From the NCBI RefSeq assembly GCF_009914755.1, contig NC_060932.1: 64,000 nt of DNA, one strand, 5' to 3'. This DNA comes from the human T2T-CHM13v2.0 reference genome, Homo sapiens. The notes beneath the pieces were generated by a model that had not been told where the DNA came from, ran no database searches, and worked only from the letters and a program-made list of their open reading frames with translations. This document shows positions 45,289 through 60,366 of the stretch, piece after piece (position 1 is the first letter of the stretch; each line of letters starts with the position of its first letter). The translations under genes and the position numbers were made by a program.

Positions 45289-45736
45289 TAATAAATATTT
45301 ATCGTGTAGTAAATAACAAATAATACTATGGGTGAGTTTTCGTATTGATTTAAATTACTCAATGATTATAAGTGTATTTAGGTTGTTAATCTATCTTGAT
45401 TGAGTTTTGGTCATTCATGTTTTAGAAAAAATTGTCCTTAAAATTACCAAATTTATTGGCATAAACTTCCCTTATGGCTTTTAAGATCTCTAGTCTTCTA
45501 TAATTTTAGTGCTTATTTATTCCTAATATTGTTTATTTGTATATTTCTCCTTTTTTCTTGATTAATTTTGTCAATAGTTTGTCGTTGTATTAAGATTTTC
45601 AAACTGGTGTTGGTTTTCTATTTCATGACTTTTTACCCTTTTCAAAAATTATTTTCTTAATTTACTTTCTTTGGATTTTTTCTATTGTTCTTTTTCTAAA
45701 TTTTGAGTTGAATGTTTAGCTCATTGATTTTCAGTC

Positions 45737-45897
45737 TTTTTTTTTTTTTTAGACGGAGTTTCACTCTTATCACCCAGGCTGGAGTGCAGTGGTGTAATCT
45801 CAGCTCACTGAAACCTCCACCTCCTAGATTCCAGTGATTTTCCTGCCTTAGCCTCCTGAGCAGCTAGGATTACAGGCGTGAGCCACCGCGCCCAGCC
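45737..45897 (-). mobile_element. Internally deleted AluS (left-arm 5' end fused to right-arm 3' end)
   Basis: ~160 bp; begins like a left arm, ends like an AluS right arm with poly-A. Confidence 0.85.
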
Positions 45898-46088
45898 TGT
45901 CTTTTTTTTTTTTTTTAAACTACTTTATAGTATCAATTTTCCTCTAAGCACAAGTTTTTATTTGTAGAATTTTCTTGTTACATGTTCAGTTCTAAATAAT
46001 TAATATTTTTCTTTAAGATTTCTTATTTGACCAATGAATTATTCTGAAGTCTAATTTTTCATTTCTATTTCTATGGGGTTTTCTTCAC

Positions 46089-46428
<340 letters not shown>

Positions 46429-47079
46429 TAATTTTATTACATCATAGTAAAAAAGTATTGTTTTTACTAAATTAATTATTTAATAGTTGATGAGGTTAAC
46501 TTTGTGGCCTAGTATGAGAACAATTTTTAAACATTGTTACATGTGTTTTAAGATATGTGTCCAGTTTTCTGTATGTGTCCATTGGAACTGACAATGTAAT
46601 TATATTTTTTGAATCTTCTATATACTTACTACATTTTTATACGTTTATTACTTTTTGAGAGAACTATAGTAATCTTCCTTTATAATTGTGGAGTAGTCAG
46701 TTCTCCTTATAATTTTTTTCCACATTGAAGCTAAATGTTTAGATATACACAGATTCAGAATTTAACATACTATTAGTAAACTGTTCCTTTATTATTAAAT
46801 AATAACTTCATCTCTCGTATTTTTTGCCTTAAATTTCACTTTAATATCAATATTTGCAATATTAAAGATATTAATATTGCAATATTAATATTTTGAGGGG
46901 TCATTAATGGCCTGACATACACATTTTCCATCCCTTTATTTTCTTATGTTTTGCCCCATACTTTCTTTATATCTCTTTTTATTTCTTCTCTTTTTCTTTC
47001 TTCTGCTTTTAAATTTGTTTTTATTTTACTAGATTCTTTAGCTGAATACATGTTCACTCTTCTTCTTCTTCATAGTGGA

Positions 47080-47570
47080 CCTTTTACTTCTGTTGGTCAA
47101 GCTACTCTCCCTTCTCACATAAAGAATACCCACTTTCTTAAGTGCTCCACCCCCTCTCTAACACATGTTCTGAATAGGAGGTAGATTACACCTGCCTCTC
47201 TGGCCCAGTGATTGGTATTGGTCAAGAGGTAGGAATCTGATTATGTTAGGCCAATCAGAGTTCTGCTCCAGGATTATTCAAACTGGAGCTGAAAGAAATG
47301 GGGAGAGGGAGTGGAGGGACCTTTTCCTCTGTGATGGTATAAATAAGAACCTTGATGCCACTCCATGGAGAAATTCAGTCTGCAATAGGAGAGAGTGCAC
47401 CTGACACATAGATGGAAGCAGGAACAGGAGGAGAGAGAAAGAACCCTGGGATAACTGAGCAGCAGCAACGTCCATCCATACTTCCCATTGGTGAACCAAT
47501 AGGTGTTCCTTTTTGTTCCAACTGATTAAGGTTGGATTTGCTTCCATCCATAAGATTCCTGAATAATATT
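47080..47570 (+). mobile_element. ERVL-class LTR (LTR16/LTR33-like)
   Basis: 'gtgattgg...aggccaatcagagttc...ggattattcaaactggagctga...gattcctgaataata'. Confidence 0.5.
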
Positions 47571-47639
47571 TGTTTTAATGATGAAAAATAGGAGGGAATG
47601 ACAGGAGGTATGAATGCAGCTTTCACTGCATCCTTTAAA

Positions 47640-48404
47640 TTTTGCTATAAACTGTTCACATTACTGTTAATTTGTAAATTGACCAAGAGTATTTAGGAGA
47701 GTATTTTTTTTCAAATGTGTAGGATTTCCTCTGTTTATGTTGTTTAAATTTATTCTATTAGTTTCTAGTTTGGCTGCCTTATAGACAAAGAATATAACTC
47801 AACCCCAAGCTGTTTTTATTTTTGGTATGTATCAGGATTTTCATTACGGCCTGTTTTGAGCTCAGTTATGAGATCCACTTTTGTAAATAATCCATAGATG
47901 TCAAAAAGAAAGGTATGTTTTCGATGGCATGTTATCAATGAGTAACTCTTAATACTATTAGTAATAAAAACATTAATGTTTTATTAAAAAGGTAACCTTA
48001 GTAACATTTAATGTCCTTTATTTTTAGTTTACTTAAACCATCAAATACTAAAAGTGGCATATTAAATTCATCCACTATTATTGTCTTTCTGGTGATGTCT
48101 ACTAGTATATATAAGCTTATTGTTATTTGATTTACTTTGATGTATTAGTTTTGTTATATTTCAATATTGTTATTAAGTGCAAAACTTCTTCATGACTATG
48201 ACACCTGTCTTGTTTATTTTACAGCTTATCAACAACATAAAATAACTTGCATTCATTTGATGTTTTGCAGCTAATTAATATTGTCTAAAGTAGATATTGT
48301 CTAAAGTAGATATTGTCAAATCAGTTTTTGGTTTGTTATTGCCCAATAAATATTTCCCCTTCTGTTACATTTAATTGTTCTCTGTCATTTTGCTTTTAGG
48401 TGTG
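47640..48404 (-). mobile_element. Ancient L1M fragment
   Basis: Antisense L1 motifs 'attaaattcatccactattattg'. Confidence 0.5.
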
Positions 48405-48766
48405 TGTGATCATCAATTTTATGTGTCAACTTGGCCGGGCCATGACGCCCAGATATTTAGTCAAACATTATTCTGGATGTTTCTGTAAGGGTATTTTTTC
48501 AATGAGTTTAACATTTAAATTGGTTTACTTTGAATACAGCAGACTGCCCTCCATAAAGTGAGTGGGCCTCATCCAATCAATTGAAGGCCTTAATAAAATA
48601 AGACTGAATTCCTCTGAGCAAGACAGAACTCTACTAGCAACCTTCAGACTTGAACTACAACATCAAGAGAGAGTGCAAGAGAGAAAAGAGATATAGATGT
48701 TGATACACACACACACACACACACATCCTGTTGGTCTTGTTTTCTTGGAGAACTCTGACTGATACA
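48405..48766 (+). mobile_element. MLT2 solo LTR (internally shortened) with (CA)n
   Basis: 'tgtgatcatcaattttatgtgtcaacttggcc' ... 'ggagaactctgactgataca'; TSD gtgtg on both sides. Confidence 0.85.
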
Positions 48767-48769
48767 GTG

Positions 48770-51700
48770 TGTTTCTTAAAAACAGCATGAAATACAGTTT
48801 TGCATATTGATCTAAAATGATCACCTTTGTTTATTAACATAAATATCAGCAAATTTAAGTAAAAGCTGTTATGTTTGGTCATCTGTAATCTCATGTTATC
48901 TCTTTTTAATTATCCCTGTGCTTTCCTTTCTTTCCCATGTTTTAGTGTAAGTGCTGTGTAGTTTTATTTATTTGCTTGGTTGGTTTCAGTTTTTTAATGA
49001 ATTGGAAAAAAAATGCAATTTTTAATTATTTTGATGGTTACTTTTATATTTTTAAAATACATTCAGCCTATATTTTTCTAAGTATTAATAATTAATACTT
49101 ATAGATTGAAATAGAAACTTGCCTTTCCCAGAAAATCCTCCATGAGTCCTATCCCAATCACAGTCCCTACCCTTACCCTAAAAAAAGAACTCTGTCCAGA
49201 CTTTCCTCATAATCCCTTCCTGCATGCCTTTAGGGTTTGTTTTATCCCCGAGTGTGCATCCTTTAGTCTTGCCTATCACTTATCTTTTAAGTCTTTTTTG
49301 GCCTTCACTTTCCCTCTATTCCTTTCTTTTCCTTGTAAATCAAGCATTGAAGGACCAAAGATTTTAACCTGTAGAGTTTCCTATGGCCTGTTTTTGCACA
49401 GCACATGCTCTTGGTGCAGTTCAACACGTTTTTGGTCCCTTGAGTTTCCTGCAAATGGACAGCTGGATCCAGAGACATTAAGTGCCTCCTATTATTTTGC
49501 CACTCCCATTACCCCACTGGCAAGATAATAGGAGGCATATTATGTATGATTTCTCTGTTTTCATAATGTTATAGCCATTGGTGATCAGAATTGTAGGTTG
49601 AAGCATGGTAACATTAAATTCTATCATTTTGTTTTCATTTATTAGTGAAATAATTTTGTAAGATGTTTCCTCTCATCTACCATTTGGTTACACCATGGTA
49701 CAGATCATACACAAAAGAGCAGGATTCTTTTGTTTATTCACCCAGTTTTCAAGTTAACATATTAATTCCCTGTTATCTTCAGAAAATGACCAATTGGTTT
49801 GTTTTAAAATATCCCATGGATTTAAGACTATTAGATGAGTTTTGATCTATTCCAATTTTTATCTTTAATGAAACTCAAAATATTCTATCTTTGACTAGTG
49901 GGATCCTCTTCCAATTGGTTACGAGGGTTTTGTTTTTTGCTTTTGATGTGATCCTAATAATCTTTTATAGCTTGCTTTCTTTTTTAATATATTTTATAAT
50001 ATATAAAATAATTTTATATTTAATGATATATATTTATCCATTTATTAAAATAAAATACTTTGTAAGTTTACACTGCTATTTACTGATATTTTCCATTCAA
50101 ATTTAGAACTGCAGCATTTTTGCTTAACCTCTTCTATATTATATCTGTATCCCTTTTATTCCACTCTGAGAATCCTGGCTCTCAAATACACAAGAGATGA
50201 TAGAAATAGAATACCTCATATTTACTTGCTTGCTTTATCCACTCTTCACATACAACTGTCTTAGAATGACAACTTAATATTGCTACCACCAATTATAATT
50301 ACTAGAAACAGTTCTAATTTCAATTTGCTCTTGTTCTTTTCATTCTTCCTCACAATTTTATGGTTGGGTTGTATCTATATTTTCAGATCTTTTAGCCATT
50401 ACATATTATAACCACTTCCTTTTAAACCTCATACGGTCTTATTTCTGCAAATAATTATATGTTGAATACTTACCACGTGTCTTTAGGTTGCTGTCTTACC
50501 CATCATTTTGCTCGCCTAAAGCCTGTTTTTTCAGTAGATTGTTTATTAAATCTCATGGGAACAATATTTCTTGAGTTCTTAAAAGTTTACAACAGTTTAT
50601 ATTTATATTTGAAAGAAAATTTTATTGGACATAAAATTCTTGGCTCATGTTTTTTTCCTCGACTATCTTAAATATGTTACCTCATTTTCTTCTTATGCAA
50701 ACGTTAATGTCAAAAGTCTGAGGATAACTTATATTTTCTTGTAAGTTATTGCTTATTTTTGCCAGACATCAAAAACATGTTTTTCTTTAATGTCCAGTAA
50801 TCTTGCTAGACTATATCTTGGCATTGGTCATTCTTCTTAGATATACCATGTACTCTTTCAGTATGGTATTTCAAATATTATTTTATTTCAGTGAAGTATC
50901 CTTGAATTACAGTTCTCATTAGTCATTCTGTTCATTTGCTTCCCCTATTCTGTGGTGGCTCCTATTATCAATATTTTGGATCTCCTTTTTCTGTCTTCAA
51001 TATTTGTCACTTTCTGTCAATCCCTTTTTTGTCTTTTTCTTCTCTTGATTCTGATGTTTTCTCGTTTACGTGTTCTATTTCACTTCAGGTATTTGTCATG
51101 TTTATTCATTCTTGCTTTTCTTCTAGTTTAGTCATTTCTAAAATGTTTTTTTTGCATGTTTAATTATTTATTGAGTTATGTCATCTCATTTCTTAGGTTT
51201 TCTAATTCTGATTCATGTCCTTTCACACATAGTATAATTTTCTTAATCTTTTCCATTGGTTTTGGAATGATCTATTACAGTTTCATCTATTACAGGTTTA
51301 TGAACATGTCTTTCTGGCATGATTTCATTGTCTGCAAGGATGTTATTCTACTTCTTAATCTCTTTTTTCCTATAATACCTCTGCAAGAGATTTGGCCTCA
51401 GTAATTTTCTGTTGCTTATTTTTATGTGAATTTAGCTTTTCTTAACTTTTAGAAAGAGGCTTGGCTCAGAGATCTCTTTTAACTTTACATTAGACAACCT
51501 CTTACATTGTTTTTGTATAGTATTTTAAAATATAGTGGCTTATTTTCAAAAATTCCTGGCTCTGCTGCCTCTATACTTCTCCCAGAAGTTTCTTTGGTAT
51601 GATGTCCTGGTGGGTCAGTTGTGAGATTTCATGGAGGTATACTGTTTCAGCCACTTTAGGCCTTACAGGGAGTCCCATGCACTCACAAACTACTATAAAG

Positions 51701-52400
51701 TCAAAAGTTTGCTCAGATCTATCAACTTTCTCAAATCAGCTGACTATGATCCCCAGGAAATAACTTGGGCTATGCATTCCCTCACTCATAGGTCCTTCTG
51801 CTTTCTCCAGCACTGATGGAACACACAAACTTGTGGCTATGGTGATTTGTCACTTTTCATTTACATTTGGTTTGTGGAGATACCTTATCACCTAGTTTTT
51901 AAAATGATATCCATGAATTTTGTTTTGCTATCTACATGCTCTGTTTTTTTAATATGGGGATTCAGGAATGTCCCAGAGCTATGCAGTCACCACCAAAGCC
52001 GTCTTTCCTAATTCTTAAGATGTTATTAACTTATAGTCTCCAGACTAGCTGAAGTGCAGCTAATTAGTGTTTTCAGCTGTTTGTTTATTCCAGGAACATA
52101 CATAAATGATCTATTTCCTGAGCTCTTTCTTATCCTGAAATTTCTTTCATTTGAAAATTTACTGAGTATAGAACTCTTGAATCTCAACCATTTCCTTTAA
52201 AGTTCTGTACAGAGTATTCCTTGGTTCCCTAGTTCTCAGTATTGCAAAAAAGAAATTCTGTATCAGGTTTCTTCATTTATTTATTTAAGGTATTTTTGTG
52301 TTGTTATTGTTTATAAGTCTTGTTCATTTGATGATCTTTGTATAATTTTTTATTTGTATAATTTTAAAGTTTCATCAGAATATATCTAAATCAGCTTTGC
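48770..52400 (-). mobile_element. Mosaic of ancient L1MC/L1ME/HAL1-like fragments
   Basis: T-rich antisense LINE-like sequence ('ggacataaaattcttggctcatg', 'tgagtatagaactcttg'); boundaries uncertain. Confidence 0.5.
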
Positions 52401-52631
52401 CAAAACTGAATCCTGCAACAGTGATCTTCAAACTGACATACACATAGTCCTGGTGGTATAGAAAGACTTTCAAATTGGATGTGGGCATAGATATAAAGGA
52501 ATTAATTTCCAGATTCTCAGCTTCTATACATAAGTTTTCATAAAATTGATCTGCCTAGCAAAAGACATGCTATCAAGACATCAAAAGTTTCTTCTTTTGT
52601 ACTTCCCCTTTCACAAGTACCCTTCTGCTAC

Positions 52632-53085
52632 TGTTATAGTTTAGATATTTGGCCTTCCAAACAACATGTTGAAATTCTATCTCCAATGTTGGAGATGGGG
52701 CCTGATAGGAGGCGTTTGGATTGTGGGGACAGAACCTTCATGAATGGCTTAGTGCCACTGTCACAGGAGTGAGTGAGTTCTCAGTCTTAGTTCCTATGAA
52801 AACTGGTTGTTGAAAACAGCATGGCTCCTCCTCCTCCTCCTCCTCCTCCTCCTCCTTCTCTCTCTCTCTCTCTCTTTCTCTCTCCTTCTCCCTGCTTACA
52901 CCATGGGTTGGGCTTCCCTTTGCCTTCCACCATGAGTGGAAGCAGCTTAAGGCCCTCACCAGATGCAGACGTCAGCACCATGTTCCTAGTACAGTCTGCA
53001 GAACCGTGAGCCAAATAAACTTCTTTTCTGTATAAATTACTCAGCCTTGAGTATTCCTTTATACCAACACAAATGAACTAAGACA
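52632..53085 (+). mobile_element. MST (MSTB-like) MaLR LTR containing (CCT)n/(CT)n
   Basis: 'tgttatagtttagatatttgg...gagccaaataaacttcttttc...gaactaagaca'; TSD gctac/gccac. Confidence 0.85.
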
Positions 53086-53135
53086 GCCACTTTAGAAAAG
53101 AACTCTCTCACTCTGTCTAAATCTTAATAAGGTGC

Positions 53136-54010
53136 TGTAGTGGTTTTTAAAAAGTGGCTGCTAGGCCTTTGACATTTCTTCCATCAAAAAGTGGAGTCCC
53201 CTTAGATTTGGGCTAGATTATAGCTGTTTTAACCAATAGAGTACAGTAGAAGAGATGCTAAATGACTTCCAAGAGTAAGTCATAAAAGGCAATGCAGTTT
53301 CTGTTTTGCTTACTGGAAAACTTGTACTGGAGCTCTGAACCCCCTACGAAGTCTGACTATACCAAGGCTGCAGTGGTGTAGCTCAAGCCACATGGAAAGG
53401 TTATGTGTGGGCCTTTGGACGGACAGTTTCAGCTAAGTCCAGACTTCAAGTAATTTCAGTCCAGATACAGGGCATTTGAATGATAGTGTCCCCTTCAAAA
53501 TTCATATGTTAAAATTTAATCAACAATGTAGTAGTATTAAGAGGTGAAACCTTAAGAGGTGATTAAGTCATAAGGGCTGAGCCCTCATAGATTGGATTAG
53601 GGCTCCTATAAAAGGGTGAGAGGGAGTGAGTTTGCTATCTTCTATGCTTTCACCATGTGAGGACACAGAAAGAAGGCCCCCACAAGACATACAATCTGCT
53701 GGCACCTTGATCTTAGACTTTCCAGCCTCTACGACCATGAGAAATAAATTTCTGTGCTTCATACCCAGTCTGTGGTGTTTTGTTATAGCAGCACAAATAG
53801 ACTAAGATAAGAAGCGTCTAGATAATTCTGGTCCCCAGCTTAGGGTCACACAAGCCTTTGATTTTTCTCAGCTGAGTCCCCACACATCAAGGAGAGGAGA
53901 TAAGCATCCTCACTACAACCTGACCAATTCTTAACCATAGAATCTGTAAATAAAACAAAATGGTTGTTTGCCTCTGAGTCTGGGGATGGTTTCTTACATA
54001 ACAACAGGTG
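53136..54010 (+). mobile_element. MLT1 (F/G-like) LTR with a nested MaLR LTR
   Basis: 'ctttgacatttcttccatcaaaaagtggagtc...aaaatggttgtttgcctctgagtctggggatggtttcttacataacaa'. Confidence 0.65.
53484..53809 (+). mobile_element. MLT1A/MST-type LTR
   Basis: 'gtgtccccttcaaaattcatatgtt...ctggcaccttgatcttagactttccagcct...gcacaaatagactaaga'. Confidence 0.8.
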
Positions 54011-54522
54011 CATTGGCCCAGGGTTTAAAAACTTCCAGGGCACCAAACAAAGGAATCATTTGGAATATTGGAACAGATGTTGATAAAAATGAAGGACTCG
54101 AATGACTGGCTAGCACACATTATTACATGACGTGGCTTCTAATCCTTTCCTTTCAACAAAATTATAATAAGACTTTATAGATTTATTAGCTGTTAGATAA
54201 TTAAAATAATTTTTGATGTTTGGTAGCTATGTGAATTTTGGTATATAAATCATAAACAATTCAAAGAATATATAATATTAGCTATAATACAAATCTTTCT
54301 AGTCCTATTTATGTAAACAAAATATCATTGCATTTTCATTCATAAAAATAAAAAATAAGAATAGAGTGGATGCGAGATCATGTTTCATTCTAATAGTAAT
54401 ATTCGCTCAGGATCATGTGAACTGACCAAAAGATAAACAGACCTAAACATCTCATTAAGAACAGCATTTCCAATAAAAATCATACTTCTTATGGTTAACA
54501 ATTATTTATCAAAATGTGTGAT

Positions 54523-54810
54523 AGCCAGGTGCAGTGGCTCATGCCTATAATCCCAGCACTTTGGGAGGACGAGGTGGGTGGATCACTTGAGCTCAGGAGT
54601 TTGAGACAAGCCTGGGAAACACAGCAAAACCCCATCTCTACTAAAACCATGAAAATTAGCCAAGTGTGTACACCTGTAGTCCCAGCTACTCGGGAGGATG
54701 AAGTGGTGGGATCACTTGAGTCCAGGTCAATGCTACAGTGAGCCTTGATTGTGCCACTTTACTCCAGCTTGGGTCAGAGCAAGACCCTGTCTCAAAAAAA
54801 AAAAAAAAAA
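54523..54810 (+). mobile_element. AluJ element
   Basis: Dimer with 'gatcacttgagctcaggag', poly-A tail. Confidence 0.92.
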
Positions 54811-54920
54811 GGTGATGTAGCTACATCAGTTTAATCAGTTGATAACAATTGTAATTATATCTCAAACTAGAAAAAAATTATTTAACACTTAGAGCCTATG
54901 GTTACAGAAAAAATATTTTC

Positions 54921-55220
54921 TATCTTTATTGAGGTATAACTAGCAAAAATTACATATATTTAGGGTGTACAACATGTTTTTAACATATGTATGTATTGTG
55001 AAATGATTACCCCAGTAAAACTAATTAACATATTCATCACTTCACATAATTTGGGAGCTTTGGCATGGGGAAAAGAGGAGATAATGGTCAAAGGGTACAA
55101 ATCTTCAGCTCTAAGATGAATAATTACTGGAGATATAATGTATAACATGGTGACTGTAGTTAATAATAATATACTGTATACTTGAAATCTTCTAAGAGGG
55201 AAGATCTCAAGTTTTGTCAC
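54921..55220. mobile_element. Short L1MA 3' end with 5' inversion
   Basis: 54921-55050 is an antisense L1MA terminus; ~55052-55220 is the adjacent upstream L1MA sequence in sense orientation. Confidence 0.8.
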
Positions 55221-55541
55221 AGAAAACTTTTTCAAGTTTAAATTTTTAAATGTATCAATTTTAAATTTAAATGTATATCATATTTCTGCTGTTGAAAATA
55301 CGATAATCAATATTTTAAAAATCCATGCTTAAAATATACCCTATAGGGAAAGGAAAATCAAACTGAAAATCTGAAAAACTATTTTAAATTTTCAACTGTT
55401 AAAGACGAGCTTGTTCATGTACTTTTTAAAGTAGATAATGGTCATTATAAAAATAATTAAAGTATTTAGATTACACTGGACACATTTTAAGTAGTGATCA
55501 TATATTTTTGTCTTGAAATATTAATGTTCATAATACACTAG

Positions 55542-55906
<365 letters not shown>

Positions 55907-57366
55907 AAAAGGTATGAAGCATTTACATTTTTTCGTTACCTTTCTTTGTTTGCCTCATTGAGCCTTTTTAATCTCTTCCTACTCCCTAAACAACTTACTT
56001 TTAATCTTAGTCTATTGTCTCATCACCTTCTCTTTCCTCTTATTTGATAAAGGACATGTTTTGAGAATTTTATCGAGAACACAAAACAGATGCTTTCAAA
56101 GATTTATTTTGTATTCTTTCAGTTAACTTTTTTCTAACACAAGTTTTCCTTGGTATCTTACATGAGCTCTTTGTTCTTTCTTATATTTCCTAATATTTTC
56201 ACAAGCCGTTTGTTGATTTTTTTTCCCTTGTTGGTTCATGTGCTCTGATTGTCTATCTCCTCCTCAGATGTGTGATTTTATTACTGTATGTAAACAATGG
56301 AGGTGTTGGACAACCCCAGCTGCATTTCTTCCTAATCTTGCTATATCTTTTAGGATTCTATACGTGACTGGGTTGATGCAAATTCTCTCTACAGATTACA
56401 AAACCCTTGACTGGTACTCCTGTTGATGTTATTGAAATCTTGCATTTTTTTCAGTGATTTTCATAATAAAGCCAGTAGGGAATTATTAACCAGTCATCCT
56501 GATAATCTATAAGTTAGGGATGAGAAGCTTTCAAATGTTTATATCAATATATCAATCTTTTTTTTTATAGAGTCATAAGGGGAATGGAGTATTTTGAGAA
56601 TGCCTCAAGTGGCAGGAAGAGGTGTGTGGCAATGAATCCCAGCTCACAGTTCACTGAAAATCAGCATGCTGTAAGATGCTGATCTTTGATTCAAGCATTT
56701 CCTTAGCCCAGCTGCTGCCTAAGAGCCTTTAATTAGAAGAAACACAATACTTTTCAAACTATGATGTTGGCTAGCATCCATTTGTATTTGGTTCTTACAA
56801 AGGCCAATATTTAATGCCATCAGAGCTCACTCTGGGGAGAGTTCGCGCCTAACCTCCCAGAGCCAAAAATATCCCCCAGACACAAACACAAACGTAGGTT
56901 CCATTCTACGCTAAGTTGAAGCAACATATTATTTTTCTATAATCAGCAAAGTTGTAAGGAAAACAAGTGTGCAAAAGGCATTTCTCTGAATAGTGCTGAA
57001 CTATGCAGATGACACCTATGGCATTTTCCTCTCAGTCCCTCCTCAATCCACAATAGTTAACACGTGGAACTCCATGTGAGCATGGTATGACCCCCACCCT
57101 CCACTCAGCTGATCGACCCAGAGCTGGGCACCAGATCCAAGCTAGACCAATCCAGTGTCCCATCTCTCCAGCTACAGCTGACTGTTCCAGGGGTCAGCAC
57201 CTATCTGAAGTCGTGCCAGTAAGTTCCACACTGAACACTTGGACTTGGGACTGAATTATATCAGTCTTTTCTCAGTGGTGAAGGGAGAAACTCAAGTCAT
57301 ATTTTCTACCATGTGGAGAAAGCCAGATGACACTAGGAAAGTGTTCCAGTTAAAATGGAGGCTCAA

Positions 57367-57997
<631 letters not shown>

Positions 57998-59717
57998 AAC
58001 CCTGCTACTTCTATAGCTAACGTCTTTAACTCTTCCTTGGATTTCCCTTGAGGATCAAGAATCTTGAGAACAAATTCCCATTCTTGGTTAAAATGGTTTG
58101 AGTTTGATATCTAGATTTGCAAACAATTTCTGACTTATAAAATCAGGTTTATCAGGTCTGACTACAAATTAGTTACCAGTCTTTATTTTTATGAAACAGA
58201 AAGCTATATTATTTCTCTTGGTCATTGAGTCTTTTCTGTCATCTATTTCTTATAGTTTTCTTTTTTACTCTACTTGGGGTTAAAAAAATCCTTCTTTCAA
58301 AATGGCCTCTTACAAACAGCGATTGCTCTGAGAGTTTATCTACATAGGACTGTTCCCACATGCACAATGCTTGATAACTGCAGTAAAATATCCAGCGGTT
58401 GTGCCTTCTACTGCCAAAATTCTCTTAGAAATGGAAACCAGAACAGCCTTTTTTTTTTAGATAGGCCATATTCCAAGATTTTGTTCATTTAAGAAAAAAT
58501 ATAGGAAGCAAAACAAATGAAAGAAAAACAAGTCATGACCCAAGAAAAATTGTGCACATCATTCCACAGCTGCTACACGCACAGTGGGCACATGTGCATA
58601 AGGAGCTACCACATAGCATAAGGAGGGCTCACCAAAAAGCTGGGAAATCACTGTTCCTGCCTCAAAGGCAGAAGCCATGAGCGTGAGTGTCCCCGTGATC
58701 AGAAAGGGAGATGGGGTGAGATGGGATGGAATGGATGTGTGCGCATGTGCATGCACGCGCATTCATGGTTTCAGTATCTCAAGCAATTAGGATTGTGAAT
58801 AAAAACAAATTTTCTCAGGAGACACACAAGAAACTGGCAGAAACTAATGAAGGCAGTAGGAAGAAGGAGTGGTGGTCTCACTATTATTCATGATTAGCTG
58901 CATACCAGCTTTGGCATAGCCACTCTTCACCATCCCTACCTTGTCTTTCCAGCCTCCATTCTCAATTGCATTTCAATGTCACCCTCAAGCATCCAGGCTA
59001 CAGGAAAGAAGTCCTCTCCAGTGGATTCTTTCACAGTCAAAGTAACTCCTGCTGGAAATGAAATTCTCTCAAAAGGCATACACATGAACCAAATAGGGGT
59101 GGCTCTTTGTTCCCCTTCTGAAACATAGCAAGTGCTGATTTCCATCTCCATCTCCCATTTAAAAGTAGATGTAATTAAAGTTTTCTTCCTGCTCTTCCAT
59201 ACACAGGCACCACTCTTTGAGAGCTGCTTGCACAAAACCTAGAAATGAACATCAGTCCCTGTTTACACAGCAAAAAGCTTATGAACCAAGATCTCAGACC
59301 CCTTCTTCATCCTTTTCTTTTAATTTCTTCTGTTCATCCAGAAGCTGCTGCTGCTCTTGCTGCAGACGTTGACTGCAATTTCTAGCACATGGAGTTAATT
59401 AATTGCCAATTTGGTCAAAACAATCAGTCTTGCTGTATTTGTTTTAGCGTCTTCTCCTTTCTAGTTATATACAGAAGAGGAAACCATGGAATTAGGTATT
59501 GAGGCATGGTCATTCCACAAAAATGGAGAGTCACAGCAACACATAGGACACAAACAGAAGTCCATCGCCAATTACAAAACTTGAACTCAGGAGCCAAGCC
59601 CTGTTGCCCACTATCTGTTTGAGATAAGGTAGCAGAGCACATCCAGGAATCAGGCTGGGAAGATATTCCCTGAAGTTTGTTGGTTGCTTCCTCTGTCCAG
59701 AAAGTTCTTATGTATAA

Positions 59718-60154
<437 letters not shown>

Positions 60155-60314
60155 TGACCTCTAGAGTCTCCAGCAGAGCTGGAGCTGTGGTCATGTTCCT
60201 AAGTTAGCATTGCCACATAGTGTACAATTGAAGACAGGCAGTAAGAAACAAGCCCAGGTTAGGCTGAGGCTCAAGAAAGTGCTTGGTCCGTTATTATTTA
60301 AAAATTCAGCTAAT

Positions 60315-60366
60315 ATGGAACATACTGGCTTGAATGCAGTACGGAACATACTGGCTTGAATGCAGT
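60315..60366. repeat. 26-bp tandem duplication
   Basis: a(t/c)ggaacatactggcttgaatgcagt x2. Confidence 0.9.

Noticed and set aside
52738-53014. Poly-Glu, poly-Gly and poly-Pro ORFs
   Set aside because: Translations of a (CCT)n/(CT)n microsatellite inside an MST LTR.
58735-58762. Alternating purine-pyrimidine tract (Z-DNA potential)
   Set aside because: Short, and a common degenerate microsatellite type.
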